Virus record (IMG/VR): IMGVR_UViG_3300048014_000353
Location: 32,001 to 96,000 of that record
Reading direction: 5' to 3' (one strand)
DNA length: 64,000 nucleotides
DNA from: a virus
Within the stretch, counting starts at the first letter, position 1; each line of letters opens with the position of its first letter. The notes below the pieces were generated by a model. It saw only the letters and a program-made list of their open reading frames with translations, searched no databases and was not told the origin of the DNA. A program made the translations under genes and the position numbers. Shown here piece after piece: positions 26,251-34,987 of this stretch.

Positions 26251-26496
26251 TCACGTCGCCACCGACACGCTCGTGCGCTCCGGCACGTCGATGTCCACGT
26301 AGCGGTGCGCCCCCGGCGTCACCGTCAACGTCGAGAGGCGCGCCCCCTCCCCGAGGAAGATGAGCAGCTCCTCCACCAGGCTCGCGGTCGCGGCCTCGGA
26401 GGTCGGCCCCTCGGCCGAGACGTCCGCGTCGTAGCAGGTGGCGACGAAGACCCCGTCGCTCCCATTCACCTCGGCAAAGAACCGCTTGATCGCCAT
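26251..26496 (-). CDS. HicB-like antitoxin domain (no HicA partner seen)
   Basis: DGVFVATCYDADVSAEGPTSEAATASLVEEL matches the HicB N-terminal pattern. Confidence 0.55.
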   Translation of the reverse strand: MAIKRFFAEVNGSDGVFVATCYDADVSAEGPTSEAATASLVEELLIFLGEGARLSTLTVTPGAHRYVDIDVPERTSVSVAT

Positions 26497-26571
26497 GCGC
26501 GCCCGCCTCCCGATCCTCGCCGGAGACCCTAGGAGGCGCCATGGAGTAACCGCGAGCGGAAAAGCGCGCAC

Positions 26572-26799
26572 CTACTTCTTTTTGCGGTCCAACTGCGCGA
26601 TGGCGAGCGACACGACCGCCGACCGGCTCAAGCCCAAGGATTCCGAGAGCCGAGCGATCATCTCCACGGTCTCGGTCGCCAACGAAAACGTGACGTTCGG
26701 GCGGCCGGCCGCCGCGCGCGCGGCGTAGGAGCGCGACGTTCCCGAGCGAGACTTCTTGGGCGGCATAGATGTCGGGGGCGTGTGGGTGTCGGAGCTCAT
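26572..26799 (-). CDS. Ribbon-helix-helix (CopG/Arc-like) regulator, copy 1
   Basis: NVTFSLATETVEMIARLSESLGLSRSAVVSLAI. Confidence 0.8.
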   Translation of the reverse strand: MSSDTHTPPTSMPPKKSRSGTSRSYAARAAAGRPNVTFSLATETVEMIARLSESLGLSRSAVVSLAIAQLDRKKK

Positions 26800-27098
26800 C
26801 GCAGGTGATCCCTCGCCTCGACCGAGACGACCACAAGCAGTCGCCCCTCGCGGAGGACGCGCGCGCTCACGTCGATCTGCGTCGCGCGCGAGCGTGCACG
26901 GATGCGCATCGGAGGCGCCTCGTCGAGGACGCGCGCGTCGAGGAGCAGCTCCGTCAGCTCGCGGCGTGCCTCCTCGATGCGGAGGCTGCGCTGCTTGGCG
27001 TATTGCTCGGCGGCCGTCAGGGTGACGTACACTTGGCCGAGCGTCGCGAGACGCGGGCGGTCCGCGTCCTCCGAGGGGGGACGGCGAAGAGCGGTCAT
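26796..27098 (-). CDS. Hypothetical protein
   Basis: ATGA-coupled to ibrB and to RHH copy 1. Confidence 0.65.
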   Translation of the reverse strand: MTALRRPPSEDADRPRLATLGQVYVTLTAAEQYAKQRSLRIEEARRELTELLLDARVLDEAPPMRIRARSRATQIDVSARVLREGRLLVVVSVEARDHLR

Positions 27099-27748
27099 GA
27101 TCGATCCTCTGGCTCCCACGCTTCACTGTACTCCCGATCGGCGAACAACTCACGGAGACCGGTGATCTGCTTCAAGCGCAGCACTTCGTCCGGATCCATC
27201 CCGAGTTCTTTCACGATCGCCTTGTCGTCCCACCCGGCGCGCGTCAGGTCAGCGACGATGTCCATCATCGACGATACGGCATGCTTGCCGCGAGCTCGAT
27301 TGTGCCGAATCGTGGCTGCGACGCGATCCTTCCGGTCGGCTCGCTCCGCTTTGATGCGCACGACCGGAAGATGTCCGTGAAGACGAGCGGCAATGGATTC
27401 CACCTCTTTACCTACGCGATGACGGTGGAATCCGTCGACGACCTCATCCACGTCATCCACATGGTGCGCAACGATGGGTTGTGTATATCCATCGCACTCG
27501 ATCGAGTGCGCAAGGAGCTTCATCTCGGGCGGCGCGACTCGGTTCGGGTTGTAATCGTTTCCGCGGACGAGTGGGCCCGGCAGCCAAAGGACCAGGTCCA
27601 CGGGCTCTGACGCAAATGGGCTCACCGCATGAAGGGCCGAACGCACGGCATTCAGCGCCTCTATCCGGTCACCGACATCCGGTAGATCCACGATCGCCCC
27701 CGCCAGTTCGGACGCCAGCTTCAGAATCAACCCTGCTCCAGTCGCCAC
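27095..27748 (-). CDS. ibrB: IbrB-like ParB/Srx-domain protein
   Basis: NDYNPNRVAPPEMKLLAHSIECDGYTQPIV, VVDGFHR, ATIRHNRARGKH, ELGMDPDEVLRLKQITGL. Confidence 0.92.
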   Translation of the reverse strand: MATGAGLILKLASELAGAIVDLPDVGDRIEALNAVRSALHAVSPFASEPVDLVLWLPGPLVRGNDYNPNRVAPPEMKLLAHSIECDGYTQPIVAHHVDDVDEVVDGFHRHRVGKEVESIAARLHGHLPVVRIKAERADRKDRVAATIRHNRARGKHAVSSMMDIVADLTRAGWDDKAIVKELGMDPDEVLRLKQITGLRELFADREYSEAWEPEDRS

Positions 27749-28983
27749 TTCAACCTCCGCTCACGCATCGCGCGCTTGTACTTGTCGAATGCCGTCGAAC
27801 TCTGCTGCGAGAAACTGAGCCCCTTGCAGATGCGATCGTTCTTCAGGATCACCTTGCAGATTCGACGCCAGGATGGCGCTTTTCGCGCCGCCTCCAATTT
27901 CGGATCGGCCTCGTCCGCAACAGGGATTCCCTTGTTCGACCACCAATGGAGGAAGATGTCGATCTTGGTCTCGTAGTGCTCGCGCTCCGCATCGGGCAGC
28001 GAGTCGAGAAGGAACCGCGCATAGGACTGCCACGTATGGCCTTCCGGAAGCGATACCTTGCCGTTACCGAGAACGTTGCCGCGTTCGCGTGCGTAGAGCG
28101 CGCCGCTGTTGGCGCCGTAGACCCGGTTGACGACCCGCGACCACGTGTCCGGCTCCAGCACATGGTACAGCCAGAGGCCCTTGCGCTGGTCGTCGCCGTA
28201 CGGCTGGCAGATGCGCATCTGGTGCGGGCTCAGCCCGGCCAGGTGCATCTGATCGTAGATCCGGTTGTAGATGCATCCCTCTCGTGATGTGTAGGTCCAG
28301 ATGTCCTCCGTCCTCCAGTCATAGATCGGATAGACGTTGTAGACAGCGCGCCCCTTCCACGACGTCCATGGTCGCCCGTCGAATCGCGAGTTTCGGCGTT
28401 GCGCGATGGCGCGCCAACGGTTGAGCGATTCCGCCGTACGGATCCCAACCAGGCATGCCGTGGCTTTGCCGGCCCCGTACCAATGGCCGAACTCCGCGAC
28501 AAACTCTTCGAACTCCATACCAGGTCGAAAAAATGGAAAGCGAGAGCCATCGCCGATGGCCTCCGTCGGCATGGGGCGCACCCAGTCTTCTCGCCGCTCG
28601 GGGTCCCAGCACGTCCAGAACGGATGCGCTGTGCTGACGGCGTTTCGCAGATTCAGTGGCAAAGCGAGCCAGTACGGCTCGATGACGTCTGCGTACTCGG
28701 CGAACATCTCCCGAACGCAGTCGATGGTCGCGAGGTACTGTGCCTCCAGGTCAAGGTAGAGGACCCCGAGTTTGCGACCACGCCGGCGAGCCTCTCGCGC
28801 GGCGATGTGCATCATGACCGTGCTGTCCTTGCCGCTCGGTCCAGACAGGTAGACGCGTGGAAACGTGTCGAAGGTCCACGCGACCCGCTGCTCCGCGGCC
28901 TCAACTACGCTGATGCCGAGATTGCGACGGTCGGCGCGTCGAGCGCGGCCAACGACTGCCGGATCGTTTCGTCCCTCGTGCAT
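27727..28983 (-). CDS. ibrA: IbrA-like PAPS-reductase/PP-loop protein (DUF3440)
   Basis: SVVEAAEQRV, GKDSTVM, DLEAQY, LPLNLRNAVS, FEEFV, VGIRTAESLNR, YPIYDW..EDIW, MRICQPYGDDQRKGL, PSWRRICKVILKND. Confidence 0.92.
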   Translation of the reverse strand: MHEGRNDPAVVGRARRADRRNLGISVVEAAEQRVAWTFDTFPRVYLSGPSGKDSTVMMHIAAREARRRGRKLGVLYLDLEAQYLATIDCVREMFAEYADVIEPYWLALPLNLRNAVSTAHPFWTCWDPERREDWVRPMPTEAIGDGSRFPFFRPGMEFEEFVAEFGHWYGAGKATACLVGIRTAESLNRWRAIAQRRNSRFDGRPWTSWKGRAVYNVYPIYDWRTEDIWTYTSREGCIYNRIYDQMHLAGLSPHQMRICQPYGDDQRKGLWLYHVLEPDTWSRVVNRVYGANSGALYARERGNVLGNGKVSLPEGHTWQSYARFLLDSLPDAEREHYETKIDIFLHWWSNKGIPVADEADPKLEAARKAPSWRRICKVILKNDRICKGLSFSQQSSTAFDKYKRAMRERRLKWRLEQG

Positions 28984-29312
28984 TGCGCTTCCTCCAGGAT
29001 TCGCGTGACATCGTCTTGAGCCACACCCACGACATCGCCGGCGCCGTTGACACGAACAAAGAATCGCTCCTCCTTTGCGCGCGTCCGCCACCGATTCACT
29101 TCGTAAAGGCGCCCGTGCTCCAGTTGAAAGTAGAGCTTCGTACCGCGCCCCTTCCGATCGGCATCCGTATAGTCGCGCGAGCCGTTGACGAACCGGCGTT
29201 CGTAGCCGCGTTTGGCGTCTAGCCCCAAAAGTTGGGCGACCCACGGTCGTCGCTCCGGCCCTCGCCCACGCGGATGGGGCCCCCACTCCTCCAGACCGTA
29301 GAGGGCAATCAT
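28905..29312 (-). CDS. Hypothetical protein upstream of ibrA
   Basis: PWVAQLLG...ERRFV...RDY...LYEV; overlaps the ibrA start. Confidence 0.65.
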   Translation of the reverse strand: MIALYGLEEWGPHPRGRGPERRPWVAQLLGLDAKRGYERRFVNGSRDYTDADRKGRGTKLYFQLEHGRLYEVNRWRTRAKEERFFVRVNGAGDVVGVAQDDVTRILEEAQCTRDETIRQSLAALDAPTVAISASA

Positions 29313-30547
29313 GCCCGCTCCGCCAAGCGCCATTGCGCCAGTCTCCCCGCAGTTGTGAAACTAAGGACGCGTCGGAACCCATCGAGCCATTCGACCAGCG
29401 GCTCGAGTTCGAGAGCGGCGACGATGAGCGTCTCTGCATCGAAACCCGCTAGACGAAGAGCGCGGGCGGCAGACCACGGACGACCTGACGCTAAGTCACG
29501 TCGGGCGCGCCGAAGACTATCGACGCCACTCATCGCGCGTTCGTCATAGCCCCAATTCGTTGCGTTGCCGCCGCGGCTCGCAACCTTTGCGATGCTCACG
29601 AGATCGAGGTCTTCTTTTGAAGCGAGATGCTCAAGTTGGCGCGCCACATCGTCAAGCTCTTTCGCTTCCGCACGCTCCCGTTTGGTCTTCTCGCGTGATC
29701 GAACATCTGCCGCACGTCGGTAGTTACGGGATGCGAGAGCGAGGCGTCGTCGAAGGAGTTTCTCCGCTGCCCCAATGGCCCGCTCGACTCGGGCCATCTC
29801 TTCTTCCTGCGACGCTCTTGGCAATCCGGTCTGGTCGCCCACGCAGTCCAGACCACCGACCATCGCGTCGACGATCGTCACGCTGGTGCCCTCGATCCAC
29901 GGCGGAACGCCTTGGGGCCAGAGGCGATCCCACGTGTGCGTTTTTGCGAGCATGGGATGCTCCATGACCTTTCCGAGGCGTCCGTAGCAGGTCCTGAGTC
30001 CCTGCGCGACGAGCCGAGGTCGGATCCACTGCTCCGGCGGGAACTCCGTCTCCGGCACATCCTGATACGGCGATCGACCACCGTAGCCACGCCACGTCGG
30101 AAGCGCGATCTGACGCCAACCCGTTGGCATCGTGGGAGTGAGAGTAACGCCGTCCTTGACGGCGGCGCCGTCGCGCTGGACGAGCTCTCCGTCGAAACGC
30201 ACGTCCCCCTTTGGTGCATATGCGGCAGCGTAAGACTTCTCGGAGAATAGCCCTAGATCTTCCACGCCCGGGTGAGCCGCCACGCCCGTGTCCCACGCCG
30301 TTCCGTCTGCAACGTTGAGGATCCCGATAGTCCCAGCGTCCGTGAGGCACGGGAGCACGTGCCACTGCGACGCGCCCATCATGTCTCCGCGCCCGTACAC
30401 GCGCGCTACCACTACGCGCAGCTGCGCGGCGGCAGCGGTTCGCGAAGCGTCGACCGAGCGCGCGACCTCCGAAACCAGCGCCGCCGCTGCGAGATCGCTG
30501 TCGTGCATCCCGCGAGCCTCACCGATCGTAAAACCATTGGTTTTCAT
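29309..30547 (-). CDS. Hypothetical protein (412 aa)
   Basis: Long ORF with GGGAG RBS, ATGA-coupled at both ends. Confidence 0.65.
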   Translation of the reverse strand: MKTNGFTIGEARGMHDSDLAAAALVSEVARSVDASRTAAAAQLRVVVARVYGRGDMMGASQWHVLPCLTDAGTIGILNVADGTAWDTGVAAHPGVEDLGLFSEKSYAAAYAPKGDVRFDGELVQRDGAAVKDGVTLTPTMPTGWRQIALPTWRGYGGRSPYQDVPETEFPPEQWIRPRLVAQGLRTCYGRLGKVMEHPMLAKTHTWDRLWPQGVPPWIEGTSVTIVDAMVGGLDCVGDQTGLPRASQEEEMARVERAIGAAEKLLRRRLALASRNYRRAADVRSREKTKRERAEAKELDDVARQLEHLASKEDLDLVSIAKVASRGGNATNWGYDERAMSGVDSLRRARRDLASGRPWSAARALRLAGFDAETLIVAALELEPLVEWLDGFRRVLSFTTAGRLAQWRLAERA

Positions 30548-30771
30548 TCGTCGTCTCCCTGGTTCGAATACTCGTTATTTATCGTGCGTCCGTGGAGGGC
30601 GAGCGCCAGGCAGTCGCGCGACTCCTCCGACAAGGGGACGAAGCGCGGATCGTCGTAGACCACGCCATGCCCGTCGCAATCAGGGCAGAGCGGAGAGCCG
30701 TGGTCCTCATCGGGCACGTGTCCGGTGCCGTCGCAGCGCGGGCAGTCACGGCGCGTGGCTTGGGCGCTCAC
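30544..30771 (-). CDS. DnaJ-type double CxxCxGxG zinc-finger microprotein
   Basis: CPRCDGTG and CPDCDGHG. Confidence 0.7.
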   Translation of the reverse strand: MSAQATRRDCPRCDGTGHVPDEDHGSPLCPDCDGHGVVYDDPRFVPLSEESRDCLALALHGRTINNEYSNQGDDE

Positions 30772-30944
30772 GACAGGGCCTCGCGTGTCCGCGTCTGGCA
30801 CCAGAGCCCATCGACACGTGTCAGATCCTGGCGCAGCACCTCACGCACCTCGCGCGCGTGCTTGCTCTCGACGAGCACCTCGCGGACCCCACCGTCCGCT
30901 TGCGGGATGCGCGCGACAACTACCCAGGCCATTTTGATCGTCAT
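30768..30944 (-). CDS. Small hypothetical protein (58 aa, below the ORF-track cutoff)
   Basis: MTIKMAWVVVARIPQ...; GAGGGG RBS; GTGA overlap with the next gene. Confidence 0.45.
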   Translation of the reverse strand: MTIKMAWVVVARIPQADGGVREVLVESKHAREVREVLRQDLTRVDGLWCQTRTREALS

Positions 30945-31023
30945 CCCCTCATCCTCCTCTGCGGATCGATGGCCGCGTCCCGGGTCGCCTCACGACGGCC
31001 CGGACCGCGGTCCGCGAGCGCTC

Positions 31024-31296
31024 TCAGCAGTGCCCGCACTCTCCATCCTGCGTCAGCGGCCCGTACGCACCGCACTCCCAGCAGCTCCCCGTTTTGACGT
31101 AGCGCTCGCCCGAGTAGCTACGGCGCGCGTACGACCCACGTCGTCCGGAGGACGGTGCGACGGCACTCGGCGTGGTGGACGGAGCGCAGCTCGCGTGGCT
31201 AGCCTTGACGCCCCTGGACCAGTTGACCTTGGAGCCGACCTGGATAGCAAGTCCGCAGCAGGGGCACTTCGAGTCGAATTTCGCGGTGATGACCAT
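31024..31296 (-). CDS. Small zinc-binding protein
   Basis: ITAKFDSKCPCCG...HASC and CWECG...CGHC. Confidence 0.7.
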   Translation of the reverse strand: MVITAKFDSKCPCCGLAIQVGSKVNWSRGVKASHASCAPSTTPSAVAPSSGRRGSYARRSYSGERYVKTGSCWECGAYGPLTQDGECGHC

Positions 31297-31377
31297 GGGA
31301 GAACCCTCCACCAAGTGAGCCGCCCCCGGTCGGGGCGGAGATTCGTGGGCGACATCGTCGCCGCGCACGCCAGCGTG

Positions 31378-31423
31378 TTGCTGACCAGACTCAATCTAGC
31401 ATGCGGTACATACCGCGCAAGCC
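31378..31423 (-). promoter_or_regulatory. Family B sigma70-like promoter with a spacer operator, copy 1
   Basis: Minus strand TTGCGC-N16-TAGATT with TGn extension; GCGGTA-CA-TACCGC palindrome in the spacer; 45/46 nt identical to 32760-32805. Confidence 0.75.
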
Positions 31424-31623
31424 TATTTTACCTTTTTCTTTCGGTCCAACTGCTCGATCGCGAGCGTGACGACCGCCGATCGGCTGAGGCCCAAGGATTC
31501 CGAGAGCCGAGCGATCATCTCCACCGTTTCGGTCGTGAGCGAGAGCGTGACGTTGGGACGCCCCGCCTTGACGCGCTCGCCGTAGGAGCGGGACGTGCCC
31601 GACCGGGACTTCTCAGGCGGCAT
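31423..31623 (-). CDS. Ribbon-helix-helix regulator, copy 2
   Basis: 55/64 aa identical to copy 1 by manual alignment. Confidence 0.8.
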   Translation of the reverse strand: MPPEKSRSGTSRSYGERVKAGRPNVTLSLTTETVEMIARLSESLGLSRSAVVTLAIEQLDRKKKVK

Positions 31624-31912
31624 AAGCGCCCCCGTGGTTCTTTCCCGCGCAGGAGCACTCGCACACCGTGCCCGTCGACGCCTGGCACTTGGCGGAGCAG
31701 ACGTGCGTGGCGCTGAACGTCCCGCGAACGAGCTTCGCCACGCGGGGCTCACCGCACGTGCGGCAGTCGAGCACGATCGAGCCGGTACGGTCGTGTGTGT
31801 AGACCGACCCGGCGCGCTGGGGGTCGGCCTTCGCACGGCGTGCGTCTTGTCCCACGGAGAGGCCCGAGGTCACGCACGCGCAGGCGCGGCACTTGGCGAG
31901 GTAGCGGCTCAC
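31613..31912 (-). CDS. Cys-rich phage protein
   Basis: CSAKCQASTGTVCECSCAGKNHG motif plus CxxC pairs. Confidence 0.7.
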   Translation of the reverse strand: MSRYLAKCRACACVTSGLSVGQDARRAKADPQRAGSVYTHDRTGSIVLDCRTCGEPRVAKLVRGTFSATHVCSAKCQASTGTVCECSCAGKNHGGAYAA

Positions 31913-32352
31913 GGTTGCGCCTCCAGGCTCCGGCGCTCCCAAACCGAGTCGAAGTCCTCATCCGACTCCGACCAGAGCGGGTCTCCATTGGTCTCGATCG
32001 CGCGCGTGCCGTTGGCGCCTCTCCAACCGACCAGGCGCCCGTCGCCCTCACCACTTTCCCATGCGACCTGCGCGCCGCCGGCCTCACGCGACCACTCGCG
32101 AATCTGCGCGCTTCCCGGCACGGCCTCCGACGATAGGTAGTCAGCGAGTGCCGCCACGTACTCGCGCCAGCCCTCGGCGCGATCCTCGTCGGCACCGTCC
32201 AGGCAAAACTCGAGCAGCGACGCTGCCGTCTGCGCACCCGAGCGGAGTTGCGCGAGATCGTCGAGCGGGAATGCACCCGTCTCGTCGATGTTCGCCTGCG
32301 CGGCCTGGGAGAACCGGAGGGTCCGACCGTCGGACATTGCGTAGCCGCTCAC
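31909..32352 (-). CDS. Acidic hypothetical protein
   Basis: GC3-rich, coupled to neighbours. Confidence 0.6.
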   Translation of the reverse strand: MSGYAMSDGRTLRFSQAAQANIDETGAFPLDDLAQLRSGAQTAASLLEFCLDGADEDRAEGWREYVAALADYLSSEAVPGSAQIREWSREAGGAQVAWESGEGDGRLVGWRGANGTRAIETNGDPLWSESDEDFDSVWERRSLEAQP

Positions 32353-32735
32353 GACTGAACCTCGCGCTGTACCAAGCGCACGACGCGCGCAATCGCCCCC
32401 AGAGGGACCCGCACGTGCTCGTACGGCAGATCGACGCCACCCTCGCGCCGGAGACCCGCCGAAGCTTGCGTACCATCGTTGTATCGGCGAACGGTCTCAG
32501 TCGGCTCACTCACCACGCGACCATCGTCGTCGACGTACGCAATTACATCGCGGCCACCCCACAAGGGTCCTAGCTCAACAATCGCCTCGCGCATCCACAC
32601 GGTCGTGCGTGCCCGCGTCACCGAGCGATGCGCGCCGCATTCGCAGTACTGGAGGTCCGCCAGCGTACGCACCGCGACATGCGCATGCACACCAGACCTC
32701 ACTTCCCGAGCCGCGTCACAAGTCGAAAACGCCAT
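32349..32735 (-). CDS. Hypothetical protein
   Basis: First gene after promoter B copy 2; GGAGG upstream; H...CECG motif. Confidence 0.6.
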   Translation of the reverse strand: MAFSTCDAAREVRSGVHAHVAVRTLADLQYCECGAHRSVTRARTTVWMREAIVELGPLWGGRDVIAYVDDDGRVVSEPTETVRRYNDGTQASAGLRREGGVDLPYEHVRVPLGAIARVVRLVQREVQS

Positions 32736-32759
32736 CCCCGCATCCTCCTCGCCAGCGCC

Positions 32760-32805
32760 TTGCTGACCAGAATCAATCTAGCATGCGGTACATACCGCGC
32801 AAGCC
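32760..32805 (-). promoter_or_regulatory. Family B promoter/operator, copy 2
   Basis: TTGCGC-N16-TAGATT with the same palindrome. Confidence 0.75.
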
Positions 32806-32868
32806 CTGTCGTCTGTTTTCTTCAAAAAAAGGTGCGGCATCCTGGCGGTGGTGAATCGTTCGCGCGCT

Positions 32869-33072
32869 TTAGGTGGACCCCGAGACCGCCGGCCGCCCCA
32901 TTTTGCAGCCGTCGCACCGACCGAACTTCGGCCCATGGTCCTCGCACCAGCCACTGACGCGCCGGTACTTGGCGACGCAGACGTCGCACACCCCGAACCG
33001 TGACGTCGTGACCGTCCCGCAGTCGTGGCAGCGACGCTCGATGCGCGCCCCGGGCAAGTCTGCGCCTCCCAT
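32869..33072 (-). CDS. Small Cys-rich protein
   Basis: CHDC, CDVC, CEDH...CDGC. Confidence 0.55.
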   Translation of the reverse strand: MGGADLPGARIERRCHDCGTVTTSRFGVCDVCVAKYRRVSGWCEDHGPKFGRCDGCKMGRPAVSGST

Positions 33073-33077
33073 CGTCT

Positions 33078-33344
33078 TCACGCCGCCATCTCGAACGGAG
33101 AGACCGTGCGCGGAATGAGCGCGTAGACGGTCCACTTGGCCGAGTGCTCCTCGATCTCCGCGAACTCGAGCGCCATGCGTTCGGTGAGGGCGCCCACGTC
33201 GGCGTCCGCCTTCCGCCCCTCGGCGTTCTTCGCGTCGCTCTTGCCGAGCGCCTCGGCATACGACCGAACGTACGCCGCCCGCGCCTCCACCACCGTCCGC
33301 GCCGCCAATTTCCAGTTCCCAATCGCGTCCTGAAGAGTGCTCAT
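33078..33344 (-). CDS. Helical hypothetical protein
   Basis: First gene after promoter B copy 3; GGGGAG RBS. Confidence 0.6.
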   Translation of the reverse strand: MSTLQDAIGNWKLAARTVVEARAAYVRSYAEALGKSDAKNAEGRKADADVGALTERMALEFAEIEEHSAKWTVYALIPRTVSPFEMAA

Positions 33345-33391
33345 CGTCGGTTCTCCCCGTGGGCCCCCGGAAGGGCCAGTGTCTAAGAGAT

Positions 33392-33419
33392 AGGATAGCG
33401 CGCGGTACATACCGCGCAA
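33392..33419 (-). promoter_or_regulatory. Family B promoter/operator, copy 3
   Basis: TTGCGC-N16-TATCCT; perfect GCGCGGTA-CA-TACCGCGC palindrome at 33400-33417. Confidence 0.75.
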
Positions 33420-33682
33420 GGGCGAGAGCATCCAAAATCGAAAATATCTGCGAAGTCACTCAACCGATCGATCCCACTGACAAATTCGCCGGTTTTGGCC
33501 TCGTGCGCGACGATGCTGGAAGATCGTGGAGCGTTTCTCCCTCCCGAGGGTGTGGGCGGGCGCTCGCTGGTCGTGCGCCTCGCCCTGGACGGATTGTCTG
33601 CCAGGCGTCAAGCGCTTGAGCGGAACCCGTCGGGGTGGCCGGCAACCGCAGCAGGCGGACCGCATCGCGCGGTCGTAAGCAC

Positions 33683-33892
33683 ATGAATCCTTTGCGCCGG
33701 CAAGTCGACTTCTCCACCATCCGTGTCTTCGACACGACCTTGGCGGAGTCGTCTCACGTGGACGCGCTCCAGCGACTGGGGCGCACGATGGGCAAAGCCC
33801 TCGTCCTTCTCGACAAGAAGGTCCACGAGGCCGGGACCGCCATCGACCGCGAGCTCCACCTCGCCTCCCGGCCCCCCAAGCCGCAGCTCTGA
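33683..33892 (+). CDS. Hypothetical protein
   Basis: In a short rightward operon; TGATG-coupled to the next gene. Confidence 0.55.
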   Translation: MNPLRRQVDFSTIRVFDTTLAESSHVDALQRLGRTMGKALVLLDKKVHEAGTAIDRELHLASRPPKPQL

Positions 33893-34212
33893 TGCGCGTC
33901 CCCTGCGACATGCAGATCGAGAGCCTCGCGACCGCCCTCGTCAACGAGCGGGAAGCGAGCCGCTGGGCGATCCAGATGCAGGCCGAGCACATCGCCCGCA
34001 TCGAGGCCGAGCTCGACGCCGAGATCGGCGCCCGCGCCGCCGCCGAACGGCGAGCCGCCGCCCTGCAGGACGTGGTCGATGCGCTCCGCCCCCCGGCGGC
34101 CCCCTCGCCCCCGCTTCCGCCCCCGAGCGCGCCCGTCGTCACGCACGGCGGCCCTCGCTGCACCAAGCCGTCGCTCGCCAAGGTCTACCCCAGCCCCGGC
34201 CACACGATCTGA
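33892..34212 (+). CDS. Coiled-coil, Pro-rich hypothetical protein
   Basis: Heptad repeats followed by a PP-rich tail. Confidence 0.6.
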   Translation: MRVPCDMQIESLATALVNEREASRWAIQMQAEHIARIEAELDAEIGARAAAERRAAALQDVVDALRPPAAPSPPLPPPSAPVVTHGGPRCTKPSLAKVYPSPGHTI

Positions 34213-34219
34213 CCCCCCG

Positions 34220-34420
34220 ATGAAGCTCGCCCAGTACCGGTTCCTCTCGCGCGTCCTCCGAGGCGAACGCCTCCCGGTCACGCGCTTCTTCAACGCCAGC
34301 ATCGCGGCCAGCGTCGCACGCGGCGATCTCCACGCGCACCACGGCCGATGGGCCGCGACCGAAGCCGGTACGCTCCGCTTCCTCGACCAGAAGCCGAAGA
34401 CCAAGCCGGCCGCCTCGTGA
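34220..34420 (+). CDS. Small hypothetical protein
   Basis: GC3-rich; GTGA overlap downstream. Confidence 0.5.
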   Translation: MKLAQYRFLSRVLRGERLPVTRFFNASIAASVARGDLHAHHGRWAATEAGTLRFLDQKPKTKPAAS

Positions 34421-34724
34421 CTCTTTACGCGGTCGAGCGGACGGAGATGGACGGGTGGTTCGCCTGGGCCGGAGAGGTCGCCGCCGTTCGGCGCGCCGGA
34501 CGCTCCACGCCACCGCCGCTGACGCCGGCCTGCAGTTCTCAGCCGTTCACCTTTGCCACTGCGGCATGGGTCTGGCGCGCTTCCGCGGTGTTCCTTCCGA
34601 GGCCCCGTGGGTCTGCGCGACGGTCCTCCGTGGCGCGACCTCCGCCCCCGGACACCTCCGAAACGTTGCGGCCGTCCACGTGCCGCACGAGCAACCCGGC
34701 ATCTCGACCCGCCTCCCCGCATGA
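34417..34724 (+). pseudogene. Hypothetical gene one base short (frameshift near 34495)
   Basis: GTGA-coupled start and ATGA-coupled stop span 308 nt (3n+2); the GC3-rich frame switches near 34495. Confidence 0.5.
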
Positions 34725-34987
34725 ACCCCGACTTCCCCTTCCCCCCGCCGCCCCCCTCGGCGTTTCCGACCTGGAAGCTCCCCGACGTGCTCGAGCTCCT
34801 CGCGCTCGCGCGCGACACGGGCGCCTCGCCGGGCCAGCTCCACGAGGCGATCGTGACGCTCGTTCGGGAGAACCCTGGCACCGAGCCCGCGCAGTACCTG
34901 CTCTGCCTGCGGCTCGGAGCGATGACCGCTCTCGCGGAGAAGCGCCGCGCCGAAGACGCCATCGCTAGGGGGCAGTCCGCAGAATGA
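34721..34987 (+). CDS. Hypothetical protein
   Basis: MNPDFPFPPPP... helical ORF. Confidence 0.55.
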   Translation: MNPDFPFPPPPPSAFPTWKLPDVLELLALARDTGASPGQLHEAIVTLVRENPGTEPAQYLLCLRLGAMTALAEKRRAEDAIARGQSAE

